From positions 32,001-96,000 of the IMG/VR virus record IMGVR_UViG_3300032225_001437: a stretch of 64,000 nucleotides of DNA; one strand, 5' to 3'. Origin of the DNA: a virus. Its lineage: Duplodnaviria > Caudoviricetes. The position numbers and the translations under genes were made by a program. How positions within the stretch are numbered: the stretch's first letter is position 1; each line of letters begins with the position of its first letter. The notes under the pieces are model-generated. The model ran no database searches. It was not told where the DNA came from and saw nothing but the letters and a program-made list of their open reading frames with translations. This document shows positions 53,102-62,549 of the stretch, in pieces.

Positions 53102-54807
53102 CTTCCAGTCCATTTGGCAATCATGCTGACATATTGACTTGAATAGATACCAGTGCCGGATCTGGTGCTGCGCATACTACGCCGTCCGGGCTCTACAGGA
53201 AATGTAAAACGAGTCCAAGTATCATTTTGATCCACAACTTTGTCACCGGGTTTTGGGCGATATCGGTCAGTGGATTCCATCGCATAACCCATGACTTCTA
53301 CTCCGGGAATACTGCTCAACATGAGCCACATCTGTTGTCCAAATTTGGTCTGTTGATCACCAGCTTCGATAGTAAGTTTTAGTATGCTTAAGGCGATGCC
53401 ATATAACGCCTTGCCCAAGCCGCGGCCACGATAGTCTGGATCAGTTATTACTGTTTCAACACGCCAGGTCTTCAAGGGATCAAGGGTGGCAAACAGATCC
53501 AGTTCGGCGGCTAGTGTGTCACCGTCAAAGATCATAATTTCCATAAATTCAGGATCGCCGCGGTTCACAGCATAGGTGAAACCACTGCCGCCGGGCAAGG
53601 GTCGACGATTCTTGGGCGGAGTCGTCATAGGCTCCAGTGTGTCTTTGTCTCCCCATCCACCCAGTTCGCTTTGTGGTATGCGGGCTATTTCCATAATACC
53701 AGTATTGCGACGTAAACGCAAATCAAAGTCTACGTCTGATATATAGTCACGAATAAATCGTTCATAATACTTTTGTGCAAGAGCAGGAGTATCTGCTTCA
53801 AAGCGATCTACTATCTGTGCTGACCCTGCAGGACGATCTGCATGATAAATTTCGTAACCTTTGTTCAAGCGTTCACGTGCTTGAGCCATGCGGTCCATTC
53901 TATTACTAACTTGCTGATCAGCGCGACTCAAGTAACTTTGCAAACGTTCGTCACTGATTTCATTGACATCTTGTTTACGAACTGGCTTCCAATGAAATAC
54001 AGTCATGCCCATGCTGGGATATTCTTCATGCGCCCACTTTGGTCCTAAAATGTTCTGCACCACTGGCACAAAATATCGACGATACAGGTTGGCGCGGTTG
54101 TCACCTTTGGCAGTAAATGATATGCCGGGTGGACGTGCTTTGGCAACATATTCAGGCAATTGTTGTTTGATCACGTTGAGCACTGTGCTCAATATTCGAA
54201 CAGTTGACTTACTAGCACTTGTAGGCTGACTTGGAGCATCATAGTCGCTGTTTACAGCGAATGTAATGTGTAATGTGCCATTAAACTCACTGCGATCAAA
54301 GAACACATCTACCCAATGGCCATCCACAGTAGAGTGAAATAAGCTGCGCTTTCTTTTGCGATTGGGTTTGTAGTCGGCTGGTGCGTTGCCTAATTCTGTC
54401 AGTTGTTCGACCGGCACCCAGGCCTGGATATCTGATCTATTCAACAGGTTAGCAGCCGCCCAAGCTCTGTGATTGCCATCTATGATCCAACCTTTGGAGT
54501 CTACCACAATAGGTCTACGATCCACAAAGTTTGCACTGTATTCACCCGCATGGTCAGGGTCTACAGTTTGCACTCGATTGTATGGATCTTGTTCGGGCTC
54601 TTGTTCTTCGTCATCGTACTCTTGATCAGGTATATGCAAACTGTTTAATGCAACACGTCGTAGTTCATACTGCGGATAGCGCAGGATCAATTTTTTTAAA
54701 AATCCACCACCCTGTTGGTCTTTGGGGTGTATGCCATCAACATAATTCCACACCTGTTCAGCTGACACAACTTTGGCAGATTCAATGACAAATTCACGGG
54801 CTTTCAT
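53098..54807 (-). CDS. modular protein: ParB-like domain, two unknown modules and a GNAT acetyltransferase
   Basis: MKAREFVIE; PIVVD..IIDGNHR; DPDYRGRGLGKALY. Confidence 0.75.
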   Translation of the reverse strand: MKAREFVIESAKVVSAEQVWNYVDGIHPKDQQGGGFLKKLILRYPQYELRRVALNSLHIPDQEYDDEEQEPEQDPYNRVQTVDPDHAGEYSANFVDRRPIVVDSKGWIIDGNHRAWAAANLLNRSDIQAWVPVEQLTELGNAPADYKPNRKRKRSLFHSTVDGHWVDVFFDRSEFNGTLHITFAVNSDYDAPSQPTSASKSTVRILSTVLNVIKQQLPEYVAKARPPGISFTAKGDNRANLYRRYFVPVVQNILGPKWAHEEYPSMGMTVFHWKPVRKQDVNEISDERLQSYLSRADQQVSNRMDRMAQARERLNKGYEIYHADRPAGSAQIVDRFEADTPALAQKYYERFIRDYISDVDFDLRLRRNTGIMEIARIPQSELGGWGDKDTLEPMTTPPKNRRPLPGGSGFTYAVNRGDPEFMEIMIFDGDTLAAELDLFATLDPLKTWRVETVITDPDYRGRGLGKALYGIALSILKLTIEAGDQQTKFGQQMWLMLSSIPGVEVMGYAMESTDRYRPKPGDKVVDQNDTWTRFTFPVEPGRRSMRSTRSGTGIYSSQYVSMIAKWTGR

Positions 54808-56033
54808 CGCATGGCCACTTGATAGGATTTAAATTGATCCTGGCGTGATTGCAGACCTTTGGATGCTGGATTGATTTTTTTAGTAACATCACCGGTATTG
54901 CTAAAGTCTTTGATTTTTGGAGCAACGCGGTTTTGCCAATACCATACAGCCACTTTGGCTGCAACGTCGGGTCTGGCTGCCAAGTCCGGTTGCTGTGCTA
55001 GCGGTAGGCCCAATGCAGCCCCAGCACGAGTGTAATTGTCACGTCCGGTCAACTGTATATAACCACGTCCTTTGTAGCGTTCACCATCACCTTTGACTTT
55101 GTTGCCCAGTATTCGCGCAGTTTTTTTGTGTTGTTCATACTTTTTAGTAAAGTAAGCTGGTGAGCCACGTTCTTCCATGCTGGCAAAGTTAGCACTTTCG
55201 TGAGCGCATTGCGCCAAGAACTGTGCCAGTTCTGTGCCTTGTATGCCACTGGCCATGGCAACCTTTTTTAATTGCTCCACTGGTCCTGCTTGTTGTGCAG
55301 GCGCCTGAACTTGTGTAACAGGTGCTTTTGCTTGTGGCACAGGTTGTGTCATTTTTGCATTGGCTGCTCCGCCACCTAGAGCCATTGCTCCGGCCAATGC
55401 AGCACCACCTAAGGCACTTTTCCAACCTTCTTCTAAGTCTTCTAGTTCTTCAGCTGGCCAGCTGATAAAACTGTTGCCATTGACGTCACCAGCGCGAACA
55501 ACAAATGCGCCGCCGTTGTCATAGCCTTCGTCCTGGCCAATTTCCCAGCCCATTGCGGCCAAGGTACGTTCGGCACGAGGATCTTCATCACCTTGCCACC
55601 ATTGAGAGGCCAACCGATGTAGTATTTCTTCTTCGTTGGGCTCTTGATCATCACGCTCGGGACTGGGAGCAAATTCATCTAATTCACTTTCCCATACCTG
55701 ACCTTCTTTGCCGCGATTCTTATCCCAAAATGCCTTGCCAGCATCTGTTTGAGCATCACTGCGCTCTACACGATAACCGAGGTCTTTGGCCCAGTCATAC
55801 ATTACGGCCGCAATACCTTGGCCACGATAATTTTCATCAACCCATAAATCTTGTGCTTCTAATTGATTATCACCGTATTGTAGAAATAATACTCGACCTA
55901 ATTCACGTCCATGACTCGAAGCAGTTATTTGAAAATCTTTGCCTACTATAATAGATTCCAAATCTAATCCATCCCTATGCACCGTTTGTTCGTTAGGGTG
56001 GCGGTACTCTGTGATGAATTCTTTAAATCTCAT
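54804..56033 (-). CDS. modular protein: GNAT domain plus GH19 (chitinase/lysozyme-like) domain
   Basis: MRFKEFITE; WVDENYRGQGIA; AQFLAQCAHES...YKGRGYIQLTGRDNY. Confidence 0.85.
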   Translation of the reverse strand: MRFKEFITEYRHPNEQTVHRDGLDLESIIVGKDFQITASSHGRELGRVLFLQYGDNQLEAQDLWVDENYRGQGIAAVMYDWAKDLGYRVERSDAQTDAGKAFWDKNRGKEGQVWESELDEFAPSPERDDQEPNEEEILHRLASQWWQGDEDPRAERTLAAMGWEIGQDEGYDNGGAFVVRAGDVNGNSFISWPAEELEDLEEGWKSALGGAALAGAMALGGGAANAKMTQPVPQAKAPVTQVQAPAQQAGPVEQLKKVAMASGIQGTELAQFLAQCAHESANFASMEERGSPAYFTKKYEQHKKTARILGNKVKGDGERYKGRGYIQLTGRDNYTRAGAALGLPLAQQPDLAARPDVAAKVAVWYWQNRVAPKIKDFSNTGDVTKKINPASKGLQSRQDQFKSYQVAMR

Positions 56034-57916
56034 TAGCAGTTCCAACGACGACGTGCCTTGCAAATAGCTTTATCTGGAGTCTTGGCACATGAAATGTTGT
56101 GCATCTTCATTTGACCACGTGATCGTGAGCAATAACTCTTACGACGCTTGCTGGCTTTTGAACCCTTCTTTAACTTGCTGGGTTTAGTAGTCACAGCAGT
56201 TTGTAATTTTGAACCAGGATGCTCACGGCGATATGTTTTGACTGCTTTGCGGCTCATACCGTCGGTCTTGTCACGGTTGTTGGCTTTTTGCCAGGCTTCA
56301 GTTTCCATAATGGTTGTTGTAGTTGCAAATACATACAATTCATCGTCATCCAATGATTCTAAGTCTTCCCAAATTAATTCAGCATCTACACCATTGCGTT
56401 CAGCAATAGTATCAATGATTGATTCAATTAGATCAAACTCTTCGGCAAGTTCTTTATTATAATTAAATCTGGCAACTTCTTTGCCATCTACATAAGCAAG
56501 TAATGGTGCGCCGGGCATTTTAGCCTGGAGCCATCTTACATTAGGATATTTTGATTTAACCTGAGCCATCCAAGTCTTTTCATCTGGTGCAGATTCGTCT
56601 ACTTTGCGCCAGCCTATTTTTTTACCATCTGGAAGATAAGCAACAACCGGACCATCAATCATTTTAGCCTGAGCAATTCGGGCGCCAGGAAATTTGGCCT
56701 TGACTAAGTCCAGCCATTCCTGTTGAGTGCGACCTTTGTCATCAACGGCTCGTTTGAAATCTGAATTACCTTCTGACATTTCGGTGCGAAGTGCTTGTCT
56801 AGCTACACGACTAATCATTGCTGGACTTACATCAGTGTTACCGCGACGAGCAGATTTAATAATACCAAAAATATCAGCTTTACTAAGACCAAGCCCAAAT
56901 AACCATTTTAACATACCTTTCAACATACTATCAGTAGAATATCCATTGTTGTGCATATATTCCAGCGGAGTTAAGTCCGGATCCTCAACGGTTTGATCTA
57001 AGTAATCTAAAATTTGTTCCTTGCTCATAAACGCTTTGTGTTTAAAGGCCCATTCAATCTCGACTAGTTTAGCATTTTGAGAAAAATCTTTTAACAACTC
57101 TTGTTTTTTTCGTCTTACTTCCTTAGGCCACTCAGTGGTCCAATAATCAGAATTAGGTTCTACAGTTGGCGAGGTAGGCAGTCTAACAGGACCATCACTT
57201 GTAACACGACCACCATCTTCGTGCATGCCTGAAGGTGGATTAGCGTAGCCATCTTTAAGCAATCGCACAATAGCACTTGCTTGTTTGTTATACACTTTAG
57301 GTAGATACTTGGCAGCTATGTCGGCATTTTCATAAGCATCACTGCCATCATAGGCTGTAGCATCAATAGCATCGGCTTCGGCATCACGCAACTTTCTGCC
57401 CGTGCTTTGATACTTGGCAATTTCTCGTTGTAGATATCCTGCTTTAGGTGCCCACTCGGCTACTACAGCTTGCCATTCTGGACTATTGGCAAATTCTTCG
57501 TCATAGTCAGATAAGTTTGTATCGCCTAATAAATCTTTGAATAAATTTAGTGACATCACAGACATAATATCATCACCTGAACGAACTATATATTCGTTAA
57601 GTTTAATGCTTTCGTTAGGTACACAGTTACGAACTTGTCCGCCGTTCTTGCCTTTCTTGGTGCCTTCGGCATGCTTGCCAGGCCAGCAACGGGTATAACC
57701 ATTTGAATCTTTTTGACCTTTACGAATCTCATTTAGATTGCCGTGGGTTTGGCACATGCCACAGTCTTCACAGACCATTTCCATAGCAATACTTTCGTTA
57801 TGCTTTTTCTTACCAGCACAGTGAGCTCGTTGTGAGAAGCCTTTGGGATGGCTACAGTTGATACTGTTTTTGTATTTTTGACTCCACTTTTCAGTGATGA
57901 ATTCATTTGCTTTCAT
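56033..57916 (-). CDS. modular protein with basic/Cys modules (putative internal head polyprotein)
   Basis: MKANEFITE; modules INCSHPKGFSQRAHC, RCWPG..VRNCVP, KRRKSYCSRS..ARRRWNC; tandem W...VKxKxP..QAKM repeat. Confidence 0.7.
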   Translation of the reverse strand: MKANEFITEKWSQKYKNSINCSHPKGFSQRAHCAGKKKHNESIAMEMVCEDCGMCQTHGNLNEIRKGQKDSNGYTRCWPGKHAEGTKKGKNGGQVRNCVPNESIKLNEYIVRSGDDIMSVMSLNLFKDLLGDTNLSDYDEEFANSPEWQAVVAEWAPKAGYLQREIAKYQSTGRKLRDAEADAIDATAYDGSDAYENADIAAKYLPKVYNKQASAIVRLLKDGYANPPSGMHEDGGRVTSDGPVRLPTSPTVEPNSDYWTTEWPKEVRRKKQELLKDFSQNAKLVEIEWAFKHKAFMSKEQILDYLDQTVEDPDLTPLEYMHNNGYSTDSMLKGMLKWLFGLGLSKADIFGIIKSARRGNTDVSPAMISRVARQALRTEMSEGNSDFKRAVDDKGRTQQEWLDLVKAKFPGARIAQAKMIDGPVVAYLPDGKKIGWRKVDESAPDEKTWMAQVKSKYPNVRWLQAKMPGAPLLAYVDGKEVARFNYNKELAEEFDLIESIIDTIAERNGVDAELIWEDLESLDDDELYVFATTTTIMETEAWQKANNRDKTDGMSRKAVKTYRREHPGSKLQTAVTTKPSKLKKGSKASKRRKSYCSRSRGQMKMHNISCAKTPDKAICKARRRWNC

Positions 57917-60900
57917 TTTTGTGTCCTCTACGCATATTTAGTTGCCAACGGGCCAGCTGTCCTTTACGTCCTTTAGCATGGCTGGCCTTTTCTAGTTCGG
58001 CCATGGTGGCATGTTTGGGTATGCCGTGACGCTGACTATCGCCTGGACGTCCTGGGCCTTTGCCATCAGAAAAGTTTTCAGCTACACCAAATTGATTACC
58101 CAACTGTTTTGCTAGACTTTTTTGTCTATTGATATTGGCCGGAGTGCCTGTGCCACTTTGTTTGTGATCAAACACGCCATACAATTTGATCACAGTAGGA
58201 TCACGTCCATCAACACTGTAGAACAAACTGAAATCTCTAGTCAAATGCACGTGACGTAATTTTGGCACTTTGGCCAAGGGCCCAGCAGACACAAACGGTG
58301 TGTCTTTGCCCCAGGGCTGTCCAGGGTGTTCAGTTTTAAATGCTAAAAATTCTTGTATCTTGCTAGGCAAGTTTGGAAATTGATTGGCTTTGTCAGCCAC
58401 GGTCTGATCAAACAAACCGCTCTTTCTAATTTCAACTCGGTTGTTGGACTCTAATAACATCCAAGTGCCTTGGTCGATTTCAAACAGTAAATTACTCAAT
58501 GCTTGTTCTGCACTTTCAATCATAACTGGTAACACTTCAAGGTTACCGTCAAAGTTATTTTCCCTAGCCCATAGTGCGGCTATTCTGTTGGCATCAGCTT
58601 GATTGTTGCCTACCCCACGGAATCTATACACTTCGCGTCCTAGGCCGTCAACTACCTGCCACTGTCCTGAGAACTGATTGCCAAAGTTTTGTGCTACGTC
58701 TACAGGAACTTCTGGAATTTGGCCAACAGGACGCATACCTACACTGGCATTAGGATGTCCGTACCTACGAACTATGTCTTGACGCACTGCTTCGGCTTGA
58801 TCACGACTAGCGCCATTTACTGTATCAATTACATTGCCAGTTTCTGTGCGATAAAATTCCCAATCTCCTTGGTCATTATCCTGGCTTGTAGATGGAACTG
58901 ATCCAGTTAATCTAGCCTGTAAGTCTTGACTGTCTTGCTTATCGTCGGCACTTTGTGGCCGTTCAGCGGTCTGTGGACGAATTTCTAAATTGTCTGTGTT
59001 CTCAAAATCGTGTAGCACAGCTACCTTGGCCAACAATCTTTGTGCTTCATCTCGGTCAACACGTAATATATTATCAATTACACGACCTGTTGGTTTGTAA
59101 ACAACTTCCCAATCGCTTTTTTGTTTTGGTTCAACAATGCGTTTGGCCAATTTGGCACGTGGTGTAAGTGTCTTGGGATCCACATAAGGGCGCACATTAA
59201 AGCCGATACCTTGGTTGGCATACTTGTCAAATACTTTGTCAGCAGCGGCACCCCGATTGGCACCTTGAACTATTTCAAGAGTTGCACCAGTTTTAACATC
59301 GTAAACTTCCCACTCTTGATTGTCACTCATGTTGACCAATTGATATTCACCTGAGTCCAAGGCTTCACGACCATACTTGGCCCAGACTCTGTTCTTGACT
59401 TCGTCTTCTTGCATGCCACGATATTCAGCACCGGGCACCGCAGTCCAGACACCATTGACCTTTTGATATAGTTTGAAGTATTGATTTATTTTCCGTTCGT
59501 TACCAATGGTCTTTTCGGCCCAGAGTTTCTTGAGTTGTTCTTTGTTTAACTCGCCGGCGGCAAATTGACTAAACAGGGCCAACTGACTGTCACCTTCGGG
59601 AGCAATCAACTTGTATAACTTCTTGGCATACTCTCTACGATCAGCACTTGGGTCAGCGGCAATCTGCATGGCACGGGCATACCGCAACATTGTGCTGGTT
59701 AATTTTTCAGGATCAGCTGACTCTTCAGCCAACCAGTCACCTCCGGCACTACGGAATTCAATATAGCCATCTTGTATATGAGCACTAGTATACTTGCCCT
59801 GTCCTACGCCCTTTTGAATTTCTTTTTGTGCCAATTCAAGCAAGCCATGTTGCATCAGCTTCAAAGCACCAGCAGGATCTGCACGGCCTGACTTGAGGTT
59901 TTCACGGAAGCCTTTCATTGCTGACTTGGTATAGGTGTTGGCTTCTCGACCAAACTGCTGTAGAACATATTCGTCACCTAGGAACAGGATCAGTTTTAAA
60001 TAGTCAACATCACCGCCCTTGTATGGCACACTAACGCCCATGTGTAGGCCTGTTGAATCGTTGGTATAAGCATTACCTTCGCTGGGATCATTTGCCCAGT
60101 CAGTAACTGCTTGTAATTTTTCCAAGGCCATCAACAAGGGCATAGGAGGACTTACAATTTCTAAACCCATATCTTCGCGGTCATCTGCGCTGAGGCTTGA
60201 ATCGGGTTCTACAATCCATTGGCCTTCTCTGCGTGTGGTGCTGTGGTAATTGTTACTGACTTTGACCGGCATACCCACAACACCGTTTAAACTGTCGCCA
60301 ATTGAGTCCCAATCACGTCCACCATCGTTGCCGCCACCACCGGTCATGTAGGGCCAGTCTAGGTTGTATTCACTAGCAACATCACTCATCCAACGTAGGC
60401 CTACATCGTCAAAGAAGCCGGAATCATCATCAATCTGATAATTGTCGCGGAAGTCATCTAAGGCGGCATCCCAGTTTGCACCTTGTTTACGCACTTCATC
60501 ATCAACCAGTTCGTTTAATAGGTCTTCTGCTTCTTCTTGTGCAGTTAAGTATTTTTCGTATAAGGGATTGGCTTCTGCGTATAATATTTGTTCTTTGCTC
60601 GAGTTAAATTTAGGTGCCCGCTCGCCAGCATTGACAATGTCATTTATTTCATCATCTGACAGGTCCAACAAGGCCAACTGCTTTTGTATTTCGTTGTCAA
60701 GATCCCAGTCGCCTTCGTCTACCATGACTTTACGGATTAGGTCTTCAGCTTCGTTGCTAAAGTCTTTTTGCATTTGCTCGTCGTACCACTCCATATACTG
60801 CTCGTCTAGTCCGTTTTGCAAGTTGTTTTCTTGACGCGAACTTAGGCCGCCATATTCACCACTGTTGAAAAAGTCTATAATCTGACTGATACTACGGCAA

Positions 60901-62483
60901 CGCTCGTCCTGATCGTAGTCAGGTTCCATTTCATAGTCACTGTCGCCATTGTTGGTGGTGTCACGGAAGATCAACTCGGCTTCAAAGCCGGCACGTATGC
61001 CCTTGGCTTCGTCGCTGGTAGCCCATTTCATCAGTGTCGACGGACTCATATTAACTTCATCCAACTGCTCTACTGACTCGGCTACTGTGGTCTTTTTAAA
61101 TTGTGATAGCTCTAGGGCTAGTTTTTCAAACAGGCCATTTGGATTGGCCACCTGTGGAACGCCTTGTTTATTGGTTTTTAAATTTAACTTGTTGGCTTCT
61201 TTACCAATTTGTCCTGGCTTGATGTCCACTGTGAGTGCCATACTGTAGCGTGGATCCTTGGCCTGTTTCTTGGTAGGAATGTATCCCGAAGCCGATTCTG
61301 CTATTTCATCCCCGTGTAGTTCTTCGGCTTGGCCCACAGCAAAATATTCTGGATGTAGTCTAGCATAATCACGCATGAGTATGCCGGCACGAGCATTGGC
61401 TTCGTTTTCATACGGACTGCCGGTTTCACCTGCATCTGTAGGAACTGACTCACGCTCGTGTTGGTGACGATGTGTAAGTTCGTGTGCCACTGTGCGTAGC
61501 ACATCCATGATATGTCGCTGGCCCCAGGCCACTTCTAATAAATTATGGTCGTCAATATAACGACCAAATGTTTTGTTACGCACTGACCATTCAGGATCTT
61601 TGCGTAGTTTGACCACTGGCATGCTTTTGAGTTTTAATTCTTTAAAACAAAAATCAATAAAGTCTTTAAGAATCTCTTCGTCTGTTAAACGAACCGACTC
61701 TTCTTCAAGACCCACTGGATCAGCTTCAACTACTGTAGGGGTTCGAAATCCGTATGTAACTCGAGGCTTAACTTCTTTTTCTGCCAAACTAAATTCTCTA
61801 TCCTTGGCAGCATTTCTAGCATCATACAGGTCTTTGATTAGGCCTTGACTACGCAACATTTTAAATGCCAAATTTTCTGGACCAAACTCGCCGTGTGCTT
61901 CTAAGCCTGTTTGACGCATCCGTTTAATTTTGTCTGCTAAACGTGTCATGCGTTTTAAATTACCTGACTTAATGGCTCGCTCAATCTGTCGACCAACCTT
62001 TTCAAACTTATCTCTTGTGCTGGTATCATCCACCACACTTTTAACTCTACGTGGAACTTGCAACCAATCATTGTTTACGATAGAATAGATGCCTTGACTG
62101 ATGTGCGGTTGATCAGCATCTTGCACATATAATTCTACATCAGCACCGCCAATTGTGATATCATGCTGTTCGTTATACTGAAATTTTTTGGCATCAAACA
62201 GTTCACGGTAAACAGGATCGTCGGGCATGTTGACCACTAGGTGCAGATCAATATCACTGTTGGGAGTATATGTATAGGCCGCATTTGATCCGCTGATGGT
62301 AATGTCTTGAATTGCTAGATCTGTTACGCCTAAAAATTCACGAAAATCGTCGGCTATTTCCAGCAAGCGTTCACGCACTTCGGGGCGCAAATGCTCACGA
62401 TCATCCCACAAGCGTGGATTTAAATGATCGTTAAATTTAACAGCGTCGTCAAGATTATAAGAGTCTAATTCCGTGATGTTCAT
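57903..62483 (-). CDS. multidomain protein: Pol-beta-type nucleotidyltransferase, HExxH peptidase-like, amidoligase-like, repeats, RelE/YafQ-like domain
   Basis: SGS..SDIDLH; AHELTHRHQHE; GFEAE, DSSL, LEIVSP, STGLHM, IEFR; LRHVHLTRDFSLFY..GVFDH. Confidence 0.75.
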   Translation of the reverse strand: MNITELDSYNLDDAVKFNDHLNPRLWDDREHLRPEVRERLLEIADDFREFLGVTDLAIQDITISGSNAAYTYTPNSDIDLHLVVNMPDDPVYRELFDAKKFQYNEQHDITIGGADVELYVQDADQPHISQGIYSIVNNDWLQVPRRVKSVVDDTSTRDKFEKVGRQIERAIKSGNLKRMTRLADKIKRMRQTGLEAHGEFGPENLAFKMLRSQGLIKDLYDARNAAKDREFSLAEKEVKPRVTYGFRTPTVVEADPVGLEEESVRLTDEEILKDFIDFCFKELKLKSMPVVKLRKDPEWSVRNKTFGRYIDDHNLLEVAWGQRHIMDVLRTVAHELTHRHQHERESVPTDAGETGSPYENEANARAGILMRDYARLHPEYFAVGQAEELHGDEIAESASGYIPTKKQAKDPRYSMALTVDIKPGQIGKEANKLNLKTNKQGVPQVANPNGLFEKLALELSQFKKTTVAESVEQLDEVNMSPSTLMKWATSDEAKGIRAGFEAELIFRDTTNNGDSDYEMEPDYDQDERCRSISQIIDFFNSGEYGGLSSRQENNLQNGLDEQYMEWYDEQMQKDFSNEAEDLIRKVMVDEGDWDLDNEIQKQLALLDLSDDEINDIVNAGERAPKFNSSKEQILYAEANPLYEKYLTAQEEAEDLLNELVDDEVRKQGANWDAALDDFRDNYQIDDDSGFFDDVGLRWMSDVASEYNLDWPYMTGGGGNDGGRDWDSIGDSLNGVVGMPVKVSNNYHSTTRREGQWIVEPDSSLSADDREDMGLEIVSPPMPLLMALEKLQAVTDWANDPSEGNAYTNDSTGLHMGVSVPYKGGDVDYLKLILFLGDEYVLQQFGREANTYTKSAMKGFRENLKSGRADPAGALKLMQHGLLELAQKEIQKGVGQGKYTSAHIQDGYIEFRSAGGDWLAEESADPEKLTSTMLRYARAMQIAADPSADRREYAKKLYKLIAPEGDSQLALFSQFAAGELNKEQLKKLWAEKTIGNERKINQYFKLYQKVNGVWTAVPGAEYRGMQEDEVKNRVWAKYGREALDSGEYQLVNMSDNQEWEVYDVKTGATLEIVQGANRGAAADKVFDKYANQGIGFNVRPYVDPKTLTPRAKLAKRIVEPKQKSDWEVVYKPTGRVIDNILRVDRDEAQRLLAKVAVLHDFENTDNLEIRPQTAERPQSADDKQDSQDLQARLTGSVPSTSQDNDQGDWEFYRTETGNVIDTVNGASRDQAEAVRQDIVRRYGHPNASVGMRPVGQIPEVPVDVAQNFGNQFSGQWQVVDGLGREVYRFRGVGNNQADANRIAALWARENNFDGNLEVLPVMIESAEQALSNLLFEIDQGTWMLLESNNRVEIRKSGLFDQTVADKANQFPNLPSKIQEFLAFKTEHPGQPWGKDTPFVSAGPLAKVPKLRHVHLTRDFSLFYSVDGRDPTVIKLYGVFDHKQSGTGTPANINRQKSLAKQLGNQFGVAENFSDGKGPGRPGDSQRHGIPKHATMAELEKASHAKGRKGQLARWQLNMRRGHKNESK

Positions 62484-62504
62484 AGATAGTATTTACCGGA
62501 TAAA

Positions 62505-62528
62505 CAAAAGCCGCTGTCAAAGCGGCTT
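62505..62528 (-). terminator. intrinsic terminator
   Basis: AAGCCGCT-TTGAC-AGCGGCTTTTG. Confidence 0.75.
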
Positions 62529-62549
62529 GTGTAGATCAAACAAACAGGT

